Positions 7,541 through 15,958 of a stretch of 20,268 bases of DNA are shown here, piece after piece (positions within the stretch are counted from its first letter, which is position 1; each line of letters begins with the position of its first letter). Both the position numbers and the translations under genes were made by a program. The notes under the pieces were generated by a model. It was not told the DNA's origin and made no database searches. It saw only the letters and a program-made list of their open reading frames with translations. This stretch comes from Promethearchaeota archaeon. GTDB taxonomy: Archaea; Asgardarchaeota; Lokiarchaeia; Sigyniarchaeales; SOKP01. The DNA lies in the NCBI GenBank assembly GCA_016839745.1, contig JAEOTS010000030.1:1-20268 (forward strand). The letters run 5' to 3'.

Positions 7541-9103
7541 TTATTTGAGTTTCCTCGTGTTAACAATAAGATCTAACAAGAGTATAATATTATCGTATAT
7601 TTTTTCTCTGTAATCTGAACCGATTTTGAGAAAGAGAACTGATACAACTTTCTCTTCTAAATCCTTATCGATAACAAATTCTTCCATTAATTGTGGATAG
7701 TACGTATCGTCGGAGACTCGGAGCCCGATAAGAACGGCGCGTTTTTTCCTCAACTTTCTGATGACATTCATAAGAGTCTCTTTCCATTTTGGATCAATAT
7801 GTTCCTTTTCTCGGGCGTCAAAAATTATAAAAACGCCATCTGAATTAGAGAGAGTAAACTCGTCATATGTGTAGCCGCTAATTATCAATCCATTTTTGTA
7901 GGGATATAACTTCTCGTTGTGGTTATCTTTTAACTTCGAGAATTCACCCAATCCATCGATATTGATGATCGTCTGGAATCCGGGATTCCAGTTTAAATTT
8001 TCTGTAATAAAGGTTAATTCTAGTATTACAAGTTCTTTTAAAGTCGAAACAATTGCTTCTGTTAAACTTTTCTCTATAAGATCTTTTTCTTTTTTTTTAC
8101 TTTTTATAATATAATGGTAAGCAATTAATTCAAAGGCGTCTTTGACATTGCTTCCCGTCAGAGCGCTCGTTTCAATGTATTCTATACCACTTATTGATAG
8201 TGATTTTGCTAATGCTTCTCCTTCAGCTATAGATACCACTCTTTGTTCAGCTAAATCGTCTTTATTCCCAACAAGAATGATTGGAATATCTGATTCATCA
8301 ATGAGTTCATTGAGTTCTTTAAACCAATCTTTAACTTCTTCAAACGATTCCCTATTAGTGATGTCGAAAACAATGAACGCAGCTTCTGCACCGTTGTAAT
8401 AAATTCTACGAAAGCGTTTAAAGTATTGTTGTGCTCCAATATCCCATAGTTGAACACTTAATTCGTTTCCTTGAAAGTCAAAATTATGAGCAAAGATGTT
8501 AAGACCTATTGTAGCTCGATAATCGCGAGAAAACTTGCGTTCTACAAATTGACGAATTAATGATGTTTTCCCTACCTCATGGTTCCCTACGATTACGAAT
8601 TTAAAGGAATAAGATACGCATTCGTCTAATGCAGATTGACAAATTGATTCTTTTAGTCTTTCGTGTCTTTCTTTTTCATAATCAAAATCGGGGATCGCTA
8701 ATTGAAGTGTATCGCCCTCACTAGAATTAAGTATCTGAGCGGATTTTTCAGCTAAGAAGTACGTATAGGGCGCAACTTTTTCTACTGATGCCATGCTATT
8801 AAAAATTAGACTTAGAATTCTCTCTTCGTCAATTGTGATAAAAAGTAATCGATGTTCGTCCGTGTCAAATGATGCCGTTCCAAATTTCTTAAAGCTGAAC
8901 TCGTTCCTTATTCTTTCTAAAACGGGATTTATTAGTGTAGTTAATACCGATACGATTTCTATGTTACTTTCAGTATCCTTTCTTTTTTCCCCTGCAATAA
9001 CTAAACCTTCGACATCTGATATAATAATTGCTTCTACATCAGAGAATCTTTCCAGAAAATTGTTTAAAATCTCGTCAAATAGTCGTTTTCTATTCACTAA
9101 CAA
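7541..9103 (-). CDS. Roadblock/LC7 - Rab-like small GTPase - degenerate GTPase-fold fusion protein (paralog 2)
   Basis: N-terminal roadblock pattern (VEAIIISDVEGLVIAG). G1 GNHEVGKTS, G2 YRATIG, G3 variant WDIGAQ, G4 GNKDD, G5 ETSAL. The C-terminal ~160-aa alpha/beta domain has no G motifs. The TTG start aligns with the paralog start. Confidence 0.88.
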   Translation of the reverse strand: MLVNRKRLFDEILNNFLERFSDVEAIIISDVEGLVIAGEKRKDTESNIEIVSVLTTLINPVLERIRNEFSFKKFGTASFDTDEHRLLFITIDEERILSLIFNSMASVEKVAPYTYFLAEKSAQILNSSEGDTLQLAIPDFDYEKERHERLKESICQSALDECVSYSFKFVIVGNHEVGKTSLIRQFVERKFSRDYRATIGLNIFAHNFDFQGNELSVQLWDIGAQQYFKRFRRIYYNGAEAAFIVFDITNRESFEEVKDWFKELNELIDESDIPIILVGNKDDLAEQRVVSIAEGEALAKSLSISGIEYIETSALTGSNVKDAFELIAYHYIIKSKKKEKDLIEKSLTEAIVSTLKELVILELTFITENLNWNPGFQTIINIDGLGEFSKLKDNHNEKLYPYKNGLIISGYTYDEFTLSNSDGVFIIFDAREKEHIDPKWKETLMNVIRKLRKKRAVLIGLRVSDDTYYPQLMEEFVIDKDLEEKVVSVLFLKIGSDYREKIYDNIILLLDLIVNTRKLK

Positions 9104-9230
9104 TGGAATACACCATCAAACTGGGATTTGATCAAGAAGAAATTCTTCTTATCATAAATATAAGATAACTTATTATTAAAAGTAGTTATTTAAAAATATT
9201 AGATTTTGGAGTATAATTTTACATTGAATT

Positions 9231-10796
9231 TTACGAATTAATTATTGTACTAAACATAACATCAAGTTCATCATAGATTTCCAATCGGTACTCAAGGCCT
9301 ATCTTAAAAAACAAGAGAGAGACCAATTTTTCTTCCAAATATTCATTAACATTAAATTGTTCCATAATATCTGACCAATCGATTTCGTCAGAAACCCTAA
9401 TACCAATCAGAATTACTTTATTTTCTTTTAAATTTCTAATAATATTAATAACAACTTCCTTCCACTTAGGGTCGATATGTTTCTTGTTTCGCGCGTCAAA
9501 GATGACAAAAACACCATCAGAATTGGCAACATCAAAAGTATCAAAAAGAAAGTTCTTTACAAGCAATCCGTTGGAGTATTGATACAATCTTCTTTCTTTG
9601 TCATCTATTAATTTATCGCAATCACATAAACTATTAACCTCACTTAAGATTTGCAACCCAGGGCTCCAAAACGGATTTTCGGTTATAAACGTGATCTCTA
9701 AATTCTTATTCTTGTTTAAAATCGAATTAATCTGAATCATTAAATTTTCTTTAAGTTTTTGTTCCTCTCGTTCTTTACTCTTCGTTATATAGTGATAAGC
9801 TATTAAGCTAAATGCATCTCCAATATTCTCACCCGTTAAAGCGCTGGTTTCAATATATGAAAAATCGCTATCACTATTTTGTTGTGAGAGCTCGTCAACT
9901 AACGCTATTCCTTCTTTATATTGAACACTTCTCAGATCAGACAAATCGATCTTATTCCCTACAATTACTATGGGAATGTTCTTATTTCCAAGAAATTCTT
10001 TAAGTTCCTCATACCATTTTTTTATATTTATGAAGGTTACTCGTTCACAAACATCAAAAACTATAAACGCTGCTTGCGTTCCGGTATAATATGTCTTTCT
10101 AAATCGTTTGAAATAATCCTGCCCTCCAAGGTCCCAAAGTAAAAAACTAACTTCATTTCCATAAAAGTTCATAGAATGTGAAAGAACATTTAAGCCAAGA
10201 GTAGAGCGGTAATCAAGAGAAAATTTGTTTTCTACAAATCTTCGTACTATTGATGATTTTCCTACTGCTTTATCACCTACGATTATAAATTTAAATTTAT
10301 AAACTCCTCCCGAATCTAAACGCATCTGATAAATCTGTTCTTTTATTCTCCCTGTGTCGCTTATAGTATCAATCTCCGTTCCAAAGTTAGGTATATCAAC
10401 CTGAATAATATCTTCTTCGCTTGCGTTAATAATTTGAGCTGTTTTCTCTGCAAGAAAGTAAGCATAGGGGCTAACATTATCAACAGAAGCCATTGTATCT
10501 AATACTACGCTAAGAGTTGTGTTTTCATCTATAGAAATAAAGAGTAATCGATTTTCTTCTGTGTCAAAACTCGCGGATCCAAACTTTTTAAAAGCAAACT
10601 CGTCTCTTATTCTTTCTAGAACTGGATTTATTAGAGCGGTTAATACCGATACTAATTCCATATCGACACTCGCTCTTTTTTGACCAGCTATGATAAAACC
10701 TTCGTGATCTGATACAATAAGAGCATCTACATCTTCATACTTCAGTAAAAATCTAGTAAGAAGCTCGTTAAACAACCGTTTTTTGTTTAAAGTCAT
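9231..10796 (-). CDS. Roadblock/LC7 - Rab-like small GTPase - degenerate GTPase-fold fusion protein (paralog 1)
   Basis: Roadblock (VDALIVSDHEGFIIAG). G1 GDKAVGKSS, G2 YRSTLG, G3 WDLGGQ, G4 GNKID, G5 ETSAL. Colinear with the 7541-9103 protein over its full length. Confidence 0.9.
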   Translation of the reverse strand: MTLNKKRLFNELLTRFLLKYEDVDALIVSDHEGFIIAGQKRASVDMELVSVLTALINPVLERIRDEFAFKKFGSASFDTEENRLLFISIDENTTLSVVLDTMASVDNVSPYAYFLAEKTAQIINASEEDIIQVDIPNFGTEIDTISDTGRIKEQIYQMRLDSGGVYKFKFIIVGDKAVGKSSIVRRFVENKFSLDYRSTLGLNVLSHSMNFYGNEVSFLLWDLGGQDYFKRFRKTYYTGTQAAFIVFDVCERVTFINIKKWYEELKEFLGNKNIPIVIVGNKIDLSDLRSVQYKEGIALVDELSQQNSDSDFSYIETSALTGENIGDAFSLIAYHYITKSKEREEQKLKENLMIQINSILNKNKNLEITFITENPFWSPGLQILSEVNSLCDCDKLIDDKERRLYQYSNGLLVKNFLFDTFDVANSDGVFVIFDARNKKHIDPKWKEVVINIIRNLKENKVILIGIRVSDEIDWSDIMEQFNVNEYLEEKLVSLLFFKIGLEYRLEIYDELDVMFSTIINS

Positions 10797-10899
10797 AATG
10801 GATTAGTGAGTAATACGAATATATTAGAATGAATTATTAAAAACAACATATACTTAAAAGTGATTATTTTATAATTTATTAAATAGTTTTCTGATTGAT

Positions 10900-11475
10900 A
10901 TGACTACATGTATTATTTGTCATTTGGGTATTATTGAAGGAGTAGATTCTTCCCAAGATTGCCCCAATGGTCATCTCGCTCACATCGATTGTTTGAAAGA
11001 ATGGTTACTTCATTCTTCAAACTGTCCTCTTTGTAGAGAACCGTATCCAGATCAAGTTCTCAACCAATTTAAAGAATTTATTAATCAAAAAGAGACAGAA
11101 AAACAAGCTGCTATAGAGAATGAATTAAAGCAAGAAGAAATGAAAAAAATGGAACAGGTTGCTTCTAAAATAACCTTTTTGAAATTTCTTGAATCTATCG
11201 AAATATTGATTAATGAACAAGAATTCGAGTACGCCTTATCACGATTAGACTTGCATAATAACGGTAGTAATTCAATCCAATGGGAACACGATATCTTATT
11301 TTTAAAAGGGAAGATTAATTACATAAGAGGACGTTATGATCTGGCAATTAATCAGTTATTTAAATTAGTAAAAGAAAAATACGACTATCCCGAGGGATTT
11401 CTCTACCTTGGAAAGGCATACGAAGCCTTAGGTTTAGATGATAAAGCACAATGGGCGTATGAAAGAGTTAAATAA
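10900..11475 (+). CDS. RING-H2 finger plus TPR protein (putative E3 ubiquitin ligase)
   Basis: CIIC-x13-CPNGH-x2-H-x2-C-x3-W-x6-CPLC is a C3H2C3 RING with the conserved Trp. A charged helical linker is followed by TPR-like motifs (LFLKGKINYIRGRYDLAI; YLGKAYEALGLDDKA). Confidence 0.82.
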   Translation: MTTCIICHLGIIEGVDSSQDCPNGHLAHIDCLKEWLLHSSNCPLCREPYPDQVLNQFKEFINQKETEKQAAIENELKQEEMKKMEQVASKITFLKFLESIEILINEQEFEYALSRLDLHNNGSNSIQWEHDILFLKGKINYIRGRYDLAINQLFKLVKEKYDYPEGFLYLGKAYEALGLDDKAQWAYERVK

Positions 11476-11501
11476 GCTTCTATTTTTACTAATATTATAC
11501 T

Positions 11502-12905
11502 ATGAAACCTTTTTGTTTAACAATAGCGGGTTCTGATCCTACATCTGGTGCCGGAATTCAGGCAGATATCAGAACTTTTGACCGAATTGGAGTTCACCCA
11601 TTCTCGGCAATTACCGCAATTACGTATCAAACAGCCACAGAATTCTACGGATTTAAATCTCTTTCGGAGGAATTAGGCAAGCAACTTGATGCGATTTTAA
11701 ATGCTTACCCCATCAAATATGTGAAAATAGGGATGATACCTGATATTAAATCCTTAGATTTAATAAAATACTCGATTCTGTCTTATAAGTTAATCGCTGT
11801 TTTAGATCCTGTTAATATATCTAGCGTTGGCGAACGACTATCGAGTGAAGGTTTTGAACTGGAAATTGAAAGAAACCTTTTTCCTTTAGTAACTGTTCTA
11901 ACTCCAAATCTAGAAGAAGCAGGTTATTACGCCAATAAAGAACTTAAAAACAAAACTTTAGATGACTTAGAACTCCTCAAAGATGTAGCGGAAACAATCA
12001 TTAAAAAAATGTACGTGGATCAAAGAATCTCCGAAATTCAGAAAGCAATTGTTATTAAAAGTGCAGGGACTGATCATGATAGCATATTTGACCTTGCTTG
12101 CGTGAGTAAATTAACAAACGGTAAAGAGAATCTCAATTTTAAAATATTTAAAAAACCAAAATTATCGCTCCAGGGAAACGTACACGGAACTGGGTGTGTT
12201 TTTTCTTCAGCCATTACTGCTTATCTATCACTAGGGAATACTTTACTAGAATCAATAGAAAAAGCAGAACTGTTTTTTGGCGATAGATTTCTTAATTTTA
12301 TCAAACTACCCCAAGAGGGAAGGATATTAGATTTAACGCTTGATCAGGAACACATCGAGGTTGTTAATCAAATCAAGGAGATTTATAACTTTATTTCCAG
12401 TAATAGAAAATTTAGTATGTTAATACCAGAAGTAAGAATGAACATTTCGGGATCGCTCCCTAATGCAGTTTCTAAAGAAGAAATAGCAGGAATTGAAGGA
12501 CGAATTACAATCGTAGATGAATATCCTAAAGCGTCAGGCGAAATAAAATTCGGTATTTCTAATCATACCGCCCGATTAATACTTGAAGCTAAAAAATTTG
12601 ATAATTCCATTAACTTTATTTTAAACATGAAATATAAGTCTGATTGGATTAAATCACTTCAGGAAAAAACAGATTTAGAATTTCAAGAAATAATTAGAGA
12701 ACAGCAACCTAAAGAAATAATGGTAGAGGAAGAATCTACTATGCAATGGTTAATTAAAAAGAGCATCAAAGAAATTGGGAGAATTCCAGATATAATTTGG
12801 GATAAAGGATCAATCGGAAAAGAACCAATGATTAGATTGTTTGGCAAAAATGCAGAAGATATAGTAAATAAACTTCAAAAAATAATAAATTCGATTTTCA
12901 ATTAG
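11502..12905 (+). CDS. thiDN: Bifunctional HMP/HMP-P kinase - thiamine-phosphate synthase ThiN fusion
   Basis: ThiD: LTIAGSDPTSGAGIQADIRT, VKIGM, TPNLEEA, HGTGCVFSSAI. ThiN: LIPEVRMN, GRI, SNHTAR, PDIIWDKGSIGKEPMIRLFG. Confidence 0.92.
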   Translation: MKPFCLTIAGSDPTSGAGIQADIRTFDRIGVHPFSAITAITYQTATEFYGFKSLSEELGKQLDAILNAYPIKYVKIGMIPDIKSLDLIKYSILSYKLIAVLDPVNISSVGERLSSEGFELEIERNLFPLVTVLTPNLEEAGYYANKELKNKTLDDLELLKDVAETIIKKMYVDQRISEIQKAIVIKSAGTDHDSIFDLACVSKLTNGKENLNFKIFKKPKLSLQGNVHGTGCVFSSAITAYLSLGNTLLESIEKAELFFGDRFLNFIKLPQEGRILDLTLDQEHIEVVNQIKEIYNFISSNRKFSMLIPEVRMNISGSLPNAVSKEEIAGIEGRITIVDEYPKASGEIKFGISNHTARLILEAKKFDNSINFILNMKYKSDWIKSLQEKTDLEFQEIIREQQPKEIMVEEESTMQWLIKKSIKEIGRIPDIIWDKGSIGKEPMIRLFGKNAEDIVNKLQKIINSIFN

Positions 12906-14215
12906 AGTATTTTCTTTGATGCTTTTTTGTCAAGAGCGTCCTTTAAAATCTTAATGGCGCAAAATTCCCCGCACATACTGCATACATCATCATCAATCTT
13001 TCCATTTCGATAATGAATCTCCCGCGATAATTCTGGATCGATTGAATGCTTTATCATCCCTTCCCAATCGAGATTTTTTCGGGCCATATCCATTTTGTAG
13101 TCCCAATCTGATGCTTTTCTGCCATACTTAGCTATGTTTACTGCATGGGCAGCGATTTTTGAAGCAATTACACCTCTTTTTACTTCTTCCTTATTAGGCA
13201 ATGCTAAGTGTTCAGAAGGAGTAACATAGCAGAGATAATCCGCACCTGCTAATCCTGCCATCACACCACCGATAGCGCTTACGAGGTGATCGTATCCCGG
13301 AGCAATATCAGTGACTAGAGGTCCTAACACATAAAATGGAGCGTTATCGCATAAGGACTTCATTATTTTAATGTTTCTTTCAATTTCATTCGCAGGTATA
13401 TGCCCAGGGCCCTCAACCATAACTTGTACGTTCTGTGACCACGCTCGCTTTACTAATTTAGAGATTTCAATAAGTTCTTGAATCTGTGCATAATCAGTTG
13501 AATCAAAAATACTACCTGGCCTCATCCCATCTCCAAGAGATAGAGTGAAATCATATTGCTTAGCCATATCTAATAGATATTCGTAATTACGATTAAAAGG
13601 ATTTTCTAAATCGTTTTCGAGAATCCAAGCGGCCAAAAAAGTTCCACCACGAGATACGACTCCCATGGTCCTCGGATGGTCTTTTAAGTAATTAACAAGA
13701 TCTTTAGTCACCCCAACATGAATTGTAAAGAAGTCCACTCCTTCTTTAGCTTGATCTTCCACCACATTAAAAAGATCGTCTTCGTCAAAATTTATAATAG
13801 CTCCTTTTGTCTCTAACGCTCTTAGTGCGGATTGGTAGATTGGAACTGTACCTATTGGAACTTTGATCTCGTTTAATATCTGTTTTCGAATGTTATTAAC
13901 ATCTTCTTCAGTTACACCAGTGCTTAAATCCATAACTGTGTCCGCCCCAAACTTCACTGCGATCTTGGCTTTTTCTAACTCTTCTTCAATATTGCATACT
14001 CGTTTACTTGAACCTATGTTAGCATTGATTTTTACTAGTAATCCTTCACCTATACCTATAGGATCGGTATCTCGTTGGTTAGATTTTGGTACGACAATTC
14101 TTCCTTTAGCGATTCCTTTACGGATAAACTCTATATCAACTCGCTCTTTTTGAGCTACAATTTCCATCTCTTTAGTAACTTTTCCTTCTCTGGCAGTTTT
14201 TATTAGTGTGGACAA
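12902..14215 (-). CDS. thiC: Phosphomethylpyrimidine synthase ThiC
   Basis: KINANIGSS, GADTVMDLSTG, GTVPIYQ, VSRGG, SLGDGMRPG, EGPGH, APFYVLGPLVTD, CYVTPSEHL and the C-terminal CSMCGEFCA Fe-S motif. TTG start. Confidence 0.97.
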   Translation of the reverse strand: MSTLIKTAREGKVTKEMEIVAQKERVDIEFIRKGIAKGRIVVPKSNQRDTDPIGIGEGLLVKINANIGSSKRVCNIEEELEKAKIAVKFGADTVMDLSTGVTEEDVNNIRKQILNEIKVPIGTVPIYQSALRALETKGAIINFDEDDLFNVVEDQAKEGVDFFTIHVGVTKDLVNYLKDHPRTMGVVSRGGTFLAAWILENDLENPFNRNYEYLLDMAKQYDFTLSLGDGMRPGSIFDSTDYAQIQELIEISKLVKRAWSQNVQVMVEGPGHIPANEIERNIKIMKSLCDNAPFYVLGPLVTDIAPGYDHLVSAIGGVMAGLAGADYLCYVTPSEHLALPNKEEVKRGVIASKIAAHAVNIAKYGRKASDWDYKMDMARKNLDWEGMIKHSIDPELSREIHYRNGKIDDDVCSMCGEFCAIKILKDALDKKASKKIL

Positions 14216-14243
14216 ATTAGTTAGCCTTTATCGATTCAATTAG

Positions 14244-14260
14244 CATTTACATATCGTAAA
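14244..14260. promoter_or_regulatory. Palindromic motif CATTTACATATCGTAAA upstream of thiC
   Basis: 16/17 identical to CATTTACATAACGTAAA at 528-544 upstream of aor. It lies between a TATA-like TTTAATATA (14281-14273, minus strand) and the thiC start. Confidence 0.5.
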
Positions 14261-14406
14261 GTAATAGTTTTCTATATTAAATAATAAAATTATAATTATA
14301 TTCTTTTGTTTAATAAATAATAAAACAATTCGATTAGGACTTATCAAACTCTATATTTATTACAAATTAATAATTTTTATAGTTAAAAGTATAATGGGGA
14401 TCTTTT

Positions 14407-15309
14407 ATGGTTAGTAAGCAAATGGGATATGTAATTAAGGGATTATGGTACGGTAGAAATCTTGAAATCAAAAAAAGGGTAGAGGAACATCGTAAAGGAT
14501 TGGAAATTATGACGGAAGGAATTAAATTTCCTGACGATGTAGAGTCTGAACAAATAGATATCGATGAGTTATCAGGTAAATTGTTTATTACTCCTGAATC
14601 TAAAAATGACCGAATTGTTTTATTTTTTCATGGAGGTGCCTATATCGCAGGATCAGTTGAGACATCCAAATATCACTCTGTATTAATCTCTCGACTAGCT
14701 AAAGCACAACTACTTAATATAAATTATAGGCTCGCTCCTGAACACCCCTTTCCAGCAGCATTAGAAGATGCTGTAAAAGCTTATAATTGGCTTATTGAAG
14801 AAAAGAAGTTCTCTCCCAAAAAAATTGTAATTGTAGGAGTATCAGCTGGGGGAGGATTGGCTGTTGCCACACTATTAAAGTTAAAAGAACTAAAAATCGA
14901 TTTACCTTTAGCTGTTGTATGCATCTCTCCATGGGCAGATTTAGCCTTTACGGGTGACACTTTTAAAGAAAGAGCTAAGATCGATCCTTTTACATCTCCT
15001 TACAATTTGGATTTTGCTGCGAGTCTTTATGTTGGCGAAAATGATCCTAGGGATCCCTTTATTTCCCCAATTTGCGCAGATCTTCAAGGATTACCCCCTC
15101 TATTTATCATGGTCGGCACAGCAGAAATTTTATTCGATGACTCTAATCGTTTAGCAGAGTATGCTGCATTCGCAGGGGTTGAAGTGACACTAGACATATG
15201 GGAGGATATGATACACGCTTTTCCTGTATTTGCAAGCGTTGCACCTGAGAGTAAAAGTGCTATAGAAAAAATAAGTAATTTCATAAACGACTCATTTGAG
15301 CAAAAATAA
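14407..15309 (+). CDS. Alpha/beta hydrolase, HSL-like esterase/lipase
   Basis: HGGAY oxyanion motif, YRLAPEHPFPAALED, nucleophile GVSAGG, ISPWADL, E..(D)D and H in MIHAF. Confidence 0.92.
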   Translation: MVSKQMGYVIKGLWYGRNLEIKKRVEEHRKGLEIMTEGIKFPDDVESEQIDIDELSGKLFITPESKNDRIVLFFHGGAYIAGSVETSKYHSVLISRLAKAQLLNINYRLAPEHPFPAALEDAVKAYNWLIEEKKFSPKKIVIVGVSAGGGLAVATLLKLKELKIDLPLAVVCISPWADLAFTGDTFKERAKIDPFTSPYNLDFAASLYVGENDPRDPFISPICADLQGLPPLFIMVGTAEILFDDSNRLAEYAAFAGVEVTLDIWEDMIHAFPVFASVAPESKSAIEKISNFINDSFEQK

Positions 15310-15403
15310 AAAGAAAAAATGACTATTAGTTCTAATTGTTATTCTGATACTTCTACAAGTTAAAGTTTATACTTCTGGTGGAGTCATACCTAAGATTTTA
15401 TAA

Positions 15404-15871
15404 TTAATAACCAATTTTTAATTGCTTTAAAAGCTCAATTAATGATTCTGTTAAAGTATAATTCTTTAAATCATCAAAAAGCACGAATTTAGCATCTAAT
15501 GCGTCAGAATTTGGTACTGGTTGTTGGTTTCGATCTCCCTCTATTTGTTCTACGAAATAATTAATTAAAACATAGTGGTATTCAACCTTACCACTCTCAT
15601 CGTACATAATTTTATCAATAATACCTGCTAATTTGGAAACTTTCACTATAAACCCTGTTTCTTCGTAAGCTTCCCTTTCAGCTGCTATTTCTACTCTTTC
15701 ACCGAGGTCTAAGTGTCCACCTGGAATGGCCCAATACCCAGCATCAGGATCGAATTTCCTTTTTACTAATAATAAAGAGTTATCCCGGGTTAACAATACC
15801 CCTACTCCTACTAACGGAACGATAGGATACTTTCTTAAATCAAAGGGTTTTAAATCTTTTTTATCAACCAT
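15404..15871 (-). CDS. NUDIX hydrolase (ADP-ribose pyrophosphatase-like)
   Basis: Nudix box GGHLDLGERVEIAAEREAYEETG; PLVGVG; EYHYVLI; SDALDA. Confidence 0.9.
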   Translation of the reverse strand: MVDKKDLKPFDLRKYPIVPLVGVGVLLTRDNSLLLVKRKFDPDAGYWAIPGGHLDLGERVEIAAEREAYEETGFIVKVSKLAGIIDKIMYDESGKVEYHYVLINYFVEQIEGDRNQQPVPNSDALDAKFVLFDDLKNYTLTESLIELLKQLKIGY

Positions 15872-15958
15872 TTACAACAAGTTTTACATTTTATTAATTA
15901 TTAATACTTTTGAAAGATTATAAAGCTTCAAGTTAAGTTAATTCTTAAATGCATTACT

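Noticed and set aside
14216-14406. TPP riboswitch upstream of thiC
   Set aside because: The region is extremely AT-rich and lacks the conserved CUGAGA and other aptamer motifs on the minus strand.
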